Assembly (NCBI GenBank): GCA_902800045.1
Contig: CADCCZ010000007.1
Coordinates: 22,237 to 86,236 of the forward strand
Direction: 5' to 3'
DNA length: 64,000 bases
From: an uncultured Bacteroidia bacterium
Lineage (GTDB): Bacteria > Bacteroidota > Bacteroidia > Bacteroidales > ML635J-15
Positions 17,034 through 25,145 of this stretch are shown in pieces. The first letter of the stretch is position 1, and each line of letters starts with the position of its first letter. A program made the position numbers and the translations under genes. The notes under the pieces were generated by a model. That model saw only the letters and a program-made list of their open reading frames with translations. It had not been told where the DNA came from and ran no database searches.

Positions 17034-18077
17034 TTATTTTTTCTTGTTGGCAAGTTGCCCGCAAGCGGCATCTATGTCCATACCCTTTGATTTTCTGATA
17101 GTTACAACGATATTACAAGCTTCAATATGCCTAATAAAATTTTCTAACGTGGCGCTGTTAGTTCGTTTAAACGTATCGTTCGGGTGCGGATTGTACTCGA
17201 TGATATTAATCTTGCAAGGCGAAACTTTTGTAAATTCGGTAAGCGCACGTGCATCGTCGAGACTGTCGTTCACACCACCGAGCATCAGGTATTCGTAGGT
17301 GATGCGCGTACCTGTTTTTGCGTGAAAATATTTTATTGCATCGGAGAGTTCGGCAAGGTTGTACTTGCGGTTTATGGGCATTATCTGGTTGCGCTTGGCA
17401 TCTATTGCCGAATGCAGCGAAATTGAGAGGTTGAAGCGTATACCGTCGTCGGCAAGGCGCTTGATTTGCGGAGCAATTCCGCAAGTTGACATGGTTATGC
17501 GCTGGGGCGACATTCCCATGGCCTCATCGGAGCAGATTTTCCCGATGGCAGCAAGCGTATTTTCGTAATTCATAAGCGGTTCTCCCATGCCCATTATCAC
17601 AATGTTCGACAGCGGAGTGCCAAAAATTTCGACCGACATGGCATTGAGCAAAAACACCTGGTGGTATATTTCGCCCGACGTAAGGTTCCGTTTGAATCCG
17701 AGTTGACCCGTAGCACAAAAGGCGCAGCCCATCTGGCATCCTATTTGCGTTGAAATGCATGAAGTGACACGGTCGGCACTGGGAATGAGCACGCCCTCGA
17801 ACTTGCATCCGTCGCAGGTTTCGAAAAGGAATTTGCGCGTGCCGTCGACCGAAGCGACCGAATAAACGCACTTTACATTTGCAAACAGGAAATTTTCGGA
17901 CAGTTTGTCGCGCAGAGGCTTCGAAATGTTGCTCATTTCATCGAAACTTGCCGCACCTTTCTTCCAAATCCATTCGTAAATTTGTGAAGCACGGAATTTT
18001 TTCTCGCCGATGCCGACAAGAAAATCTTCTATTTCGGTGCGTGAAAGTTCGCGTATGTCTTTTTTCTCCAAAACCAT
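17034..18077 (-). CDS. rlmN: 23S rRNA/tRNA (adenine-C2)-methyltransferase RlmN (radical SAM)
   Basis: Radical-SAM motif CQMGCAFCATG and later motifs GMGEPL and CGQL. A -7 box lies inside the longer ORF (start 18125), so ATG 18077 (MVLEKKDIRELS..) is preferred. Confidence 0.9.
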   Translation of the reverse strand: MVLEKKDIRELSRTEIEDFLVGIGEKKFRASQIYEWIWKKGAASFDEMSNISKPLRDKLSENFLFANVKCVYSVASVDGTRKFLFETCDGCKFEGVLIPSADRVTSCISTQIGCQMGCAFCATGQLGFKRNLTSGEIYHQVFLLNAMSVEIFGTPLSNIVIMGMGEPLMNYENTLAAIGKICSDEAMGMSPQRITMSTCGIAPQIKRLADDGIRFNLSISLHSAIDAKRNQIMPINRKYNLAELSDAIKYFHAKTGTRITYEYLMLGGVNDSLDDARALTEFTKVSPCKINIIEYNPHPNDTFKRTNSATLENFIRHIEACNIVVTIRKSKGMDIDAACGQLANKKK

Positions 18078-18092
18078 ATCAAAGTAAAAACG

Positions 18093-18100
18093 CAAAGATA
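18093..18100 (-). promoter_or_regulatory. -7 box (TAtcTTTG on minus strand) for rlmN
   Basis: Plus-strand caaagata lies 15 nt upstream of ATG 18077. Confidence 0.45.
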
Positions 18101-18205
18101 CTACAATCGCATGATTCTCGTTCATAGAAAACGAGAAACTTAAAAAATGAATTGCTTCTTAAACTAATAATCAAAAAAAACATTCCTTGTCTCAATAATA
18201 AAACA

Positions 18206-18213
18206 TACTTTTG
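18206..18213 (+). promoter_or_regulatory. -7 box TActTTTG for speB
   Basis: tacttttg lies 20 nt upstream of ATG 18234. Confidence 0.5.
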
Positions 18214-18233
18214 CAAAATAATTTGAATTTGCA

Positions 18234-19085
18234 ATGGAAAGGACATACGCAGGAATTCCAGAAGAATATGCTGGCTACGAAAACGCCAAAGTAGTGGTGT
18301 TGCCAGTGCCTTACGACGAAACTTCAACATGGGTAAAAGGTGCCGACCAAGGTCCCGAAGCCTTCCTCGAAGCATCGGAAAACATGGAAATATACGACCT
18401 CGAATCGGATACCGAAGTCTATAAGCGCGGCGTGTGGCTCGACGACATCATGGACTGCGACAAGGACCCTGAAAAAATGGCTATGCAGGTGAAGGCAAAA
18501 GCCGACAAATTTTACGAGGACGGCAAGCTTTTCACGATGATTGGAGGAGAACATTCGGTGTCGATTGGCGCAATAATGTCAACCGTTGAGCATTTCGACA
18601 ACCTGAGCGTACTACACCTCGATGCACATTCCGACCTTCGCAGCGAATACGAAGGTACTCCGTTCAGCCACGCCTGTGCAATGCACTGGGCATCGAAGCA
18701 TACCAATTTGATTCAGGTTGGAATCCGCAGTATGGACATTTCGGAGAAGCAATACTCGAAGCGCGAAAATGTTTTCCGCGCCGAGGATATTGCCGAGCGC
18801 ACCGACGACTGGCAGCAGGAAGTAATCGACAAGCTCACCGACAATGTTTACCTCTCCATCGACCTCGACTACTTCGACCCGTCGGTACTGCCATCTACAG
18901 GCACACCAGAACCGGGCGGAATGACTTGGTATCCAACGCTCAAACTGCTCAAAAAATTGGCAAAGCAGAAAAAAATCGTCGGTTTCGACATCGTTGAACT
19001 TGCACCGAATCCAGCCGACAAGTCGTCGGATTTCCTTGCAGCAAAGTTGTATTTCAAGATTTTAACGTATATATTCGAACTTTAA
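18234..19085 (+). CDS. speB: Agmatinase (arginase/ureohydrolase family)
   Basis: 283 aa with arginase-family metal motifs GGEHS, LDAHSDL and SIDLDYFDP. Confidence 0.8.
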   Translation: MERTYAGIPEEYAGYENAKVVVLPVPYDETSTWVKGADQGPEAFLEASENMEIYDLESDTEVYKRGVWLDDIMDCDKDPEKMAMQVKAKADKFYEDGKLFTMIGGEHSVSIGAIMSTVEHFDNLSVLHLDAHSDLRSEYEGTPFSHACAMHWASKHTNLIQVGIRSMDISEKQYSKRENVFRAEDIAERTDDWQQEVIDKLTDNVYLSIDLDYFDPSVLPSTGTPEPGGMTWYPTLKLLKKLAKQKKIVGFDIVELAPNPADKSSDFLAAKLYFKILTYIFEL

Positions 19086-19097
19086 AAACAAAAAGAA

Positions 19098-20078
19098 ATG
19101 GAAAAAGGACCTATTTCACAATTCATCACACATCACTACCGTCATTTCAACTCGGCAGTAATAGTTGACGCTGCAAAGGCATACGACGAACACATCAAGG
19201 CAGGCGGCAAAATGATGCTTGCAATGGCTGGTGCTATGAGTACCGCCGAAATCGGACTTTCGCTCGCCGAAATGATCCGTCAGGACAAGATTAGCATCGT
19301 GTGCTGCTCGGCAAACAACCTCGAAGAGGACATCATGAACCTCGTGGCTCACAACCACTACTACCGCGTTCCCAACTACCGCGACCTCACTCCAGAACAG
19401 GAACACGAACTCCTCAACAACCACTACAACCGTGTTACCGACACCTGCATCCCCGAAGAGGAAGCTTTCCGTCGTCTCGAACACCACCTTGTAGATATTT
19501 GGAAGGACATGAAGGCTAAGGGCGAACGCCTTTTCGCATGGGAAGTTATCTACAGACTTCTCCGTAGCGGCGTTCTCGAACAGTACTACGAAATCGACCC
19601 GAAGGACAGCTGGGTTCTTGCAGCTTGCGAAAAGAATATTCCTATCATCGTTCCGGCATGGGAAGACTGCACAACAGCAAACATCTACACCGCACACTGC
19701 ATACGCGGCGAATTCGATCCGTCGATCTCGATGATTAAGAACGGTATTGAAACCATGATATTCCTCACCGAATGGTATAAGAAGAACAGCGGCGGCAAGG
19801 GCGTTGGTTTCTTCCAGATTGGTGGTGGTACAGCTGGTGACTTCCCGATCTGCGTAGTTCCTATGATGGAACAGGACCTCGAATGGCACGGCACTCCTTT
19901 GTGGGCTTACTTCTGCCAGATTAGCGACTGTACAACATCGTACGGATCTTACTCGGGCGCAGTTCCGAACGAAAAGATTACCTGGGGTAAACTCTCGAAG
20001 GACACTCCACGTTTCATCATCGAATCGGACGCAACCATCGTAGCTCCGTTGTTGTTCAGCTATGTTTTAGGTTGGTAA
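19098..20078 (+). CDS. Deoxyhypusine synthase family protein (bacterial DHS-like, possible homospermidine synthase)
   Basis: 326 aa. The N-terminus GPISQFITHHYRHFNSAVIVDAAKAY..GGKMMLAMAGAMSTAE matches the DHS-like family as I recall it. It starts 12 nt after speB ends. Confidence 0.75.
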   Translation: MEKGPISQFITHHYRHFNSAVIVDAAKAYDEHIKAGGKMMLAMAGAMSTAEIGLSLAEMIRQDKISIVCCSANNLEEDIMNLVAHNHYYRVPNYRDLTPEQEHELLNNHYNRVTDTCIPEEEAFRRLEHHLVDIWKDMKAKGERLFAWEVIYRLLRSGVLEQYYEIDPKDSWVLAACEKNIPIIVPAWEDCTTANIYTAHCIRGEFDPSISMIKNGIETMIFLTEWYKKNSGGKGVGFFQIGGGTAGDFPICVVPMMEQDLEWHGTPLWAYFCQISDCTTSYGSYSGAVPNEKITWGKLSKDTPRFIIESDATIVAPLLFSYVLGW

Positions 20079-20100
20079 TTGTATCAATTAGTAAATATGC

Positions 20101-20134
20101 AGCGGAAATTCAGTATTTGGATTTCCGCTTTTTT
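20101..20134 (+). terminator. Rho-independent terminator after the DHS-like gene
   Basis: AGCGGAAAT..ATTTCCGCT stem followed by TTTTT. Confidence 0.75.
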
Positions 20135-20268
20135 ATATTGTAACAACCTGAAAACAAATTAATTATTAGTCAAATTTCATATTTTGCACATTTTTGTAAA
20201 AAAATACAAGTTTTGATGTAATAAAAAGGACAATTCCCTGTCTAATATGGAAGCAAAACGCAGAAATA

Positions 20269-20754
20269 ATGGATAATAAAGAATCAAAATTTATCAATCT
20301 GGTGCGGGAACACAAGCGTACAATATACACGGTATGCTATCTCTTTACCAGTCAGAAGGAAGATGTCGAGGATCTTTTCCAAGAGATTCTGATACGAATC
20401 TGGAACGGAATGGAAGGATTTGAAGAACGAAGCAACATGAATACCTGGGTGTATAGGATAGCACTTAATACGGCACTGAACGAAAAAGCGCTAAAAGGCA
20501 GATGCCTCCAGACTCTACCGCTTACCATGGACATAAATCCTTACGACGAAGCAAACACTTCGAACGCTCGCTTTTCGGAACTTCACGAGCGTATCCTTCG
20601 CCTTGATATGGCCGACAGAGCATTGGTGATGCTGTGGCTCGAAGACTTGTCCTACGACGAGATTGCCAGCATAATTGGCATTTCGTCGCAGAATGTCGGC
20701 GTTCGCTTGGTTCGCATAAAGGAAAAACTTATAAAAATGGCTAATAATAAATAA
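20269..20754 (+). CDS. ECF-type RNA polymerase sigma-70 factor
   Basis: 161 aa. Region 2 reads DLFQEILIRIWNG..NTWVYRIALN, and the region 4 HTH reads LSYDEIASIIGISSQNVGVRLVRIKEKL. Confidence 0.8.
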   Translation: MDNKESKFINLVREHKRTIYTVCYLFTSQKEDVEDLFQEILIRIWNGMEGFEERSNMNTWVYRIALNTALNEKALKGRCLQTLPLTMDINPYDEANTSNARFSELHERILRLDMADRALVMLWLEDLSYDEIASIIGISSQNVGVRLVRIKEKLIKMANNK

Positions 20755-20761
20755 TTGAGGT

Positions 20762-21712
20762 ATGGAAACAAAAAAAGAAAACTCGGGAGCAAAAAATCCA
20801 TTGGACGAAACAAAAAGGCAATACGATAAGATGCAGGAAAAATTTTCGAAGCGTGATATCGTAAACAATAAGCCTTTTGACGAGGAAATTGCAAAACAGA
20901 CCTCACGTTTTAAAAGGAAAAGGATTTTAATAGCAGCAAGTTACATTATTGGAACTATTGTAAGTGTATGTGTAATACAATTTGCAATGCATTTATCACC
21001 ATGGATAAGTGTCAGTCTTGCGCTGATATTGATAGCATCGTTGATCGTAGAACTTAATCTTTATGGCAACTTTATAAATAAAGTAAAGACAGACAACGAC
21101 ATACTTACCTTTGCAAAGGAAACTAGACGAATGCAGCGCAACTATATATTATTCTATCTGGCGGTTTCCATTCTGCTAGTCCTCTGGGTAATCTTGCTTA
21201 TTATGAACATGGACTCTTATTTTGCAAATGAAGAATATTGCCGCAGCATAAAACAGCGTGCATTATTTATTGGTTTGCCTGTATTTCTACTGATTGTCGG
21301 GTACATCGTATATAAGATGCGTAATTTAAGCAAGACAAGCCTGATAATCAATCAGATAGAGAAGCAACCGCTTATACTTAACCGCAAGGTTCTAGCATTT
21401 GGAATAGTAACGTTTTGTATATACCTGCTTGGGCTTATATTCAAGATATTCCACATTCCATTTGGCAGCCTGATTGTAATTGCTGGAACATTGATGTCGG
21501 TCGTTTTGGTAATTGTCATTGCGAGTATGCTTGCACATAATGGAACACCAAAGATTCTTGCGGCCCTGGGTGCCTTATTTGTAATATTTTTACTTCTAAG
21601 CATACATTTTCTGATAAGCCACTGGCCATTCTCCGAGGTGCTTCTTGCCGTATCGGGAATATTGCTTGCAAGCGCTACTATAAGTTATTTCGTCAAGCGC
21701 CGCAAAGCATAA
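20762..21712 (+). CDS. Polytopic membrane protein downstream of the ECF sigma gene; possible anti-sigma or signalling partner
   Basis: 316 aa. It starts 7 nt after the sigma gene. A cytoplasmic N-terminus precedes about 8 TM segments. Two segments (FKIFHIPFG, LISHWPFS) resemble the GldL-type 'FKIxHWP' motif. Confidence 0.5.
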   Translation: METKKENSGAKNPLDETKRQYDKMQEKFSKRDIVNNKPFDEEIAKQTSRFKRKRILIAASYIIGTIVSVCVIQFAMHLSPWISVSLALILIASLIVELNLYGNFINKVKTDNDILTFAKETRRMQRNYILFYLAVSILLVLWVILLIMNMDSYFANEEYCRSIKQRALFIGLPVFLLIVGYIVYKMRNLSKTSLIINQIEKQPLILNRKVLAFGIVTFCIYLLGLIFKIFHIPFGSLIVIAGTLMSVVLVIVIASMLAHNGTPKILAALGALFVIFLLLSIHFLISHWPFSEVLLAVSGILLASATISYFVKRRKA

Positions 21713-21729
21713 CAGTAATATCAATATAA

Positions 21730-21760
21730 AATGCCCATCGTTTGCGGTGGGCATTTTTTT
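21730..21760 (+). terminator. Rho-independent terminator
   Basis: AATGCCCA..TGGGCATT hairpin followed by a T-run. Confidence 0.7.
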
Positions 21761-21762
21761 AT

Positions 21763-21770
21763 TATATTTG
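21763..21770 (+). promoter_or_regulatory. -7 box TAtaTTTG for the GT2 gene
   Basis: tatatttg lies 20 nt upstream of ATG 21791. Confidence 0.5.
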
Positions 21771-21790
21771 CGACTCAATTTTAATGACAG

Positions 21791-22816
21791 ATGCCAACAC
21801 GTACAGCAATCGTAATATTGAACTGGAATGGTGAAAAATTTCTCCGTCAGTTTCTGCCTACGCTTGTCGAGAACACCAATCCCGACCTTGCACGCATCTG
21901 CATTATCGACAATGGGTCTACCGATGGTTCGCTGGCTTTTCTTGTCGAAAACTTCTCGCAGATACAGCTTGTAAAACTCGACAAAAACTACGGTTTTGCC
22001 GGTGGTTACAATCGCGGACTGAAAGAAATTGATGCCGAATACTTTATGCTGCTCAATTCCGATGTCGAAGTTGGCAAGGACTGGATTACACCGCTTGTGG
22101 AACTTATGGACAGCGATCAGACCATAGGCGTGTGCGGACCAAAGCTTATCGACTACAACAACCGCGACAAGTTTGAATACGCAGGTGCTGCTGGCGGCTA
22201 TATCGACAAATACGGCTATCCGTTTTGCCGTGGAAGACTTTTCGAGTACCTCGAAACCGACAACGGCCAGCACGACACACGCGAGGACTGCCTCTGGATA
22301 AGCGGTGCAGCATTGTTTATACGCTCCAAGTTGTTCTTCGAGGTTGGTGGTTTTGATGATGATTTCTTTGCCCATCAGGAAGAAATTGACCTTTGCTGGC
22401 GGGTACAAAATTCGGGCTACCGTGTTGTGTGCGAACCTAAATCGGAAATATACCATGTAGGTGGCGGTGCATTGCCAAAATCCAATCCGTTCAAGACTTT
22501 CCTAAACTTCCGCAATAACCTTTACCTTATCGTTAAGAACCTTCCGAACAAGGAAATCGGCTGGGTGCTCTTTGTGCGTTTCTTCCTCGATGTGGTTGCC
22601 GCTGTAAGAATGATTTTCCAAGGAAATTTCAAGGAATGTCATGCCGTTTTCCGCGCCTACGGAGCTTTTTTGAAGAACAAGCGCAAAATGAAGCAGAAAC
22701 GGTTACCTGTAACTCGCAAAGCCTCATCGGAACTCACAGGAATGTACTGCGGAAGCATAGTTTTCAAGCATTTTCTTGGGAAGAAAAAAACTTCGGTTGA
22801 GATTTTCGGGAAATAA
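21791..22816 (+). CDS. Family 2 glycosyltransferase (rhamnosyltransferase-like)
   Basis: 341 aa with AIVILNWNGEKFL, IIDNGSTDGS, LLNSDVEV and the HQEEIDLCWR region. The antisense ORF 21596..22456 is rejected. Confidence 0.8.
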   Translation: MPTRTAIVILNWNGEKFLRQFLPTLVENTNPDLARICIIDNGSTDGSLAFLVENFSQIQLVKLDKNYGFAGGYNRGLKEIDAEYFMLLNSDVEVGKDWITPLVELMDSDQTIGVCGPKLIDYNNRDKFEYAGAAGGYIDKYGYPFCRGRLFEYLETDNGQHDTREDCLWISGAALFIRSKLFFEVGGFDDDFFAHQEEIDLCWRVQNSGYRVVCEPKSEIYHVGGGALPKSNPFKTFLNFRNNLYLIVKNLPNKEIGWVLFVRFFLDVVAAVRMIFQGNFKECHAVFRAYGAFLKNKRKMKQKRLPVTRKASSELTGMYCGSIVFKHFLGKKKTSVEIFGK

Positions 22817-22824
22817 TCAAAACT

Positions 22825-24288
22825 TTATTGCTGCTCTTTCTTTTTGGCAATGCTGTCCTTTATCATGACTAGTGCCGAACGTAGGTCTAGTACACGAAGT
22901 GCAACAGCCACAAGTACGCAAACCACAGCTACACCACACACCACAACCCAATGGTTGTAATCAATCATTGTTGCAAAATAACTAGCTGCCACTGATATTA
23001 TTACGAAGAGCGTCGTTACAATCGTAAACTTCAGGTTGAAATTGAACTTGAACAGGCGGAATGCTATGATATACTGGCAAAGTCCAGTCGCAAGCTGGGT
23101 AATCATGCTCGAAATTGCAGCACCTATTACTCCGTAATGCGGGATGAGAATGAAATTGAGTATAATGTTAAGCACCATTCCGCATGCGGCCATGATGTTC
23201 AAATACTTAAGGCTTCCGTTTGATGTTAGCAGTGTGCCGAAAATGTAGGTTATGCAGATTCCGACGAAGCCTACCATCAGTATCGACAGCACAATGGAAC
23301 TAGTCTCGATATGCTCGAAGTACATAAGTCCCATAATTTCGCGGTTGAAGAAAAGACAGACGCTCATAAGGGCGATAGCCGGCACGAAAATCAGCACGAA
23401 AGCCGTCTTGCACAGACCTTCAACATTCTGCTTCTGCTTTATCATGCGGGCAAACATCGGCAGCAGCAATACCGAGAATAGGTAGGCGAACATCGAAGCG
23501 GCTTCCAAGATACGGAACGCCTGTGCGTAGATTCCAGCCTGTTCCTTGCCGTCGGGAAGCATTCGCTCGAGCATAACAGAGTCGATGCGGTTGTAGAACG
23601 CCATAAGAAGGATGAGCAACGCATACGGGAAACTCTGCTTTATGAAAGCGATGAAATATTTCATCTGGAAGTTAAGGCGGAAATGCTTTGTCTTGCTGAA
23701 TACGATAAGGAATGCCACAAGAGCGGTGATGAAATATGCGGCCGTCTGCGTAAGCACAAACCATTCAATCTTTATAGGTGTGTCGGTAACGTGTCCCCAG
23801 ACTAATATGCTGCAGAAAATTATCATCAGCAGACGGTCGAGCACAGAGAGCATGCTATCGGTCTTGAACATCTGCATACCGCTGACATTGGAGCGCAGGT
23901 AGAGCGTCATCGACTGCAGGAACTGGTTGACTACCAAGATGCCAAGAATTTTCATCTGGCGAAGTTCGTAGCCGAGACAGAGAGCTATAATCAACGATAT
24001 TGCTATGTAAACCACTGCCAGTACAAGTCTGAGTGCCAATAGGTTGGAAAGGCTTTTATCGAGCAGGTTGTGGTTCTGTGCGATGTTGCGGTTGTTGAAA
24101 TTGGTGATGCCCATGTCGAGGATGATGTTGAGCAGCAGCGAGAAGTTGAGCAGTGAAAAATATATGCCGAACTCCTCGGCGCCGACAATGTTCTGCACCG
24201 AACGCTCAACCCCGAATATCCAGAAAGGTTTTACTAGGATATTGAGGAAGAGAAGGAAACATAGGTTTATTACAAAATTTCTCTTCAT
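22825..24288 (-). CDS. MOP/Wzx-type polysaccharide flippase
   Basis: Polytopic membrane protein. The track start at 24306 is a TTG lying inside the -7 box. ATG 24288 (MKRNFVINL..) is 15 nt downstream of that box. Confidence 0.7.
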   Translation of the reverse strand: MKRNFVINLCFLLFLNILVKPFWIFGVERSVQNIVGAEEFGIYFSLLNFSLLLNIILDMGITNFNNRNIAQNHNLLDKSLSNLLALRLVLAVVYIAISLIIALCLGYELRQMKILGILVVNQFLQSMTLYLRSNVSGMQMFKTDSMLSVLDRLLMIIFCSILVWGHVTDTPIKIEWFVLTQTAAYFITALVAFLIVFSKTKHFRLNFQMKYFIAFIKQSFPYALLILLMAFYNRIDSVMLERMLPDGKEQAGIYAQAFRILEAASMFAYLFSVLLLPMFARMIKQKQNVEGLCKTAFVLIFVPAIALMSVCLFFNREIMGLMYFEHIETSSIVLSILMVGFVGICITYIFGTLLTSNGSLKYLNIMAACGMVLNIILNFILIPHYGVIGAAISSMITQLATGLCQYIIAFRLFKFNFNLKFTIVTTLFVIISVAASYFATMIDYNHWVVVCGVAVVCVLVAVALRVLDLRSALVMIKDSIAKKKEQQ

Positions 24289-24303
24289 CCTTGTAACGAA
24301 GCG

Positions 24304-24311
24304 CAAAATTA
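24304..24311 (-). promoter_or_regulatory. -7 box (TAatTTTG on minus strand) for the flippase gene
   Basis: Plus-strand caaaatta. Confidence 0.4.
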
Positions 24312-24385
24312 CAACATAAAAGCGAATCCAAAAACCATAACGAATAATATGCTAAAATGTTTTGTTGGAGTTGAAAAAAATTAAC

Positions 24386-24393
24386 TACCTTTG
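24386..24393 (+). promoter_or_regulatory. -7 box TAccTTTG for the ferredoxin gene
   Basis: tacctttg lies 44 nt upstream of ATG 24438. Confidence 0.45.
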
Positions 24394-24437
24394 CCAGCGA
24401 AATTTTCAGTATTAATTAATATTTAAATTTTAAAGAA

Positions 24438-24605
24438 ATGGCTTATAAAATCAGTAATGACTGCGTATCTTGCGGTACTTGCGCTGGCGAATGCCCAGTA
24501 GGCGCTATCAAAGAAGGAACTCCTTATGTAATCGACGCAAACGAATGCATCTCTTGCGGTACTTGCGCAGGTGCATGCCCAACTGGCGCAATTTCAGAGG
24601 AATAA
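24438..24605 (+). CDS. 2x[4Fe-4S] ferredoxin (55 aa); missing from the ORF track because it is under 60 aa
   Basis: My translation is MAYKISNDCVSCGTCAGECPVGAIKEGTPYVIDANECISCGTCAGACPTGAISEE*. It contains two CxxCxxCxxxCP motifs, and a promoter box and terminator flank it. Confidence 0.85.
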   Translation: MAYKISNDCVSCGTCAGECPVGAIKEGTPYVIDANECISCGTCAGACPTGAISEE

Positions 24606-24626
24606 TAGCAGTCTGAAAAGAGATTG

Positions 24627-24656
24627 ATAGGTTGCCGATTGGCAACCTATTTTTTT
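24627..24656 (+). terminator. Rho-independent terminator after the ferredoxin gene
   Basis: ATAGGTTGCC-gatt-GGCAACCTAT followed by TTTTTT. Confidence 0.85.
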
Positions 24657-24767
24657 GAATCCACTGGTCATTCCACAAGTCAGAACATACACGCGATACG
24701 AAACGGAGAGCGTTGTAATGTTCGACTATGCGGAATCTCCTAAAGAATAATATTAAACTAAATTTTT

Positions 24768-24956
24768 ATGCAGAAAACTTGTCCGGAATGCAACAAGACA
24801 TTCGAATGTTCGCAGAGTGAAAACTGCTGGTGTACACGCATCACCATTCCCGAAGATGTTGCCAACTACCTGAGAGGCAAATACTTCGACTGCCTTTGCG
24901 AGGATTGTATGACCAAAATTTTAAAAAACAAGGAAAAAATTTTGCAGGGTAAATAA
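24768..24956 (+). CDS. Cysteine-rich CWC family protein
   Basis: 62 aa with 8 Cys, including CPEC, C..CWC and C.C..C spacing. Confidence 0.6.
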   Translation: MQKTCPECNKTFECSQSENCWCTRITIPEDVANYLRGKYFDCLCEDCMTKILKNKEKILQGK

Positions 24957-24963
24957 AATGCAC

Positions 24964-24971
24964 TACCTTTG
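24964..24971 (+). promoter_or_regulatory. -7 box TAccTTTG for tRNA-Cys
   Basis: tacctttg ends 11 nt before the mature tRNA 5' end. Confidence 0.5.
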
Positions 24972-24982
24972 CACCCACTTAA

Positions 24983-25053
24983 GGTACCTTGGCCGAGTGG
25001 TGAGGCACCAGTCTGCAAAACTGGGTACTGCAGTTCGATTCTGCAAGGTACCT
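24983..25053 (+). tRNA. tRNA-Cys (GCA)
   Basis: 71 nt. The acceptor arms GGTACCT/AGGTACC pair. The anticodon stem CCAGT/ACTGG carries the loop CTGCAAA. The T arm is TGCAG-TTCGATT-CTGCA. CCA is not encoded. Confidence 0.9.
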
Positions 25054-25061
25054 CAACAAAA

Positions 25062-25090
25062 AAGACATCCATATCGGGTGTCTTTTTTTT
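25062..25090 (+). terminator. Rho-independent terminator after tRNA-Cys
   Basis: AAGACATCC-atatc-GGGTGTCTT (one G-U pair) followed by a T-run. Confidence 0.8.
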
Positions 25091-25145
25091 GTTTATCAAA
25101 AAAATATAATTATTTTAGCACCCAGAAATTTAAAATTTAAACACA

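Noticed and set aside
19116-19889. 257-aa ORF antisense to the DHS-like gene
   Set aside because: It lies opposite a well-supported conserved gene and has no recognisable motifs.
21596-22456. 286-aa minus-strand ORF spanning the terminator/promoter region and the 5' half of the GT2 gene
   Set aside because: It crosses a terminator hairpin and a promoter box, and it overlaps two convincingly coding plus-strand genes.
24866-25140. ORFs 24866..25099 (-) and 24958..25140 (+) across the tRNA-Cys locus
   Set aside because: They are explained by the tRNA gene, its promoter and its terminator.
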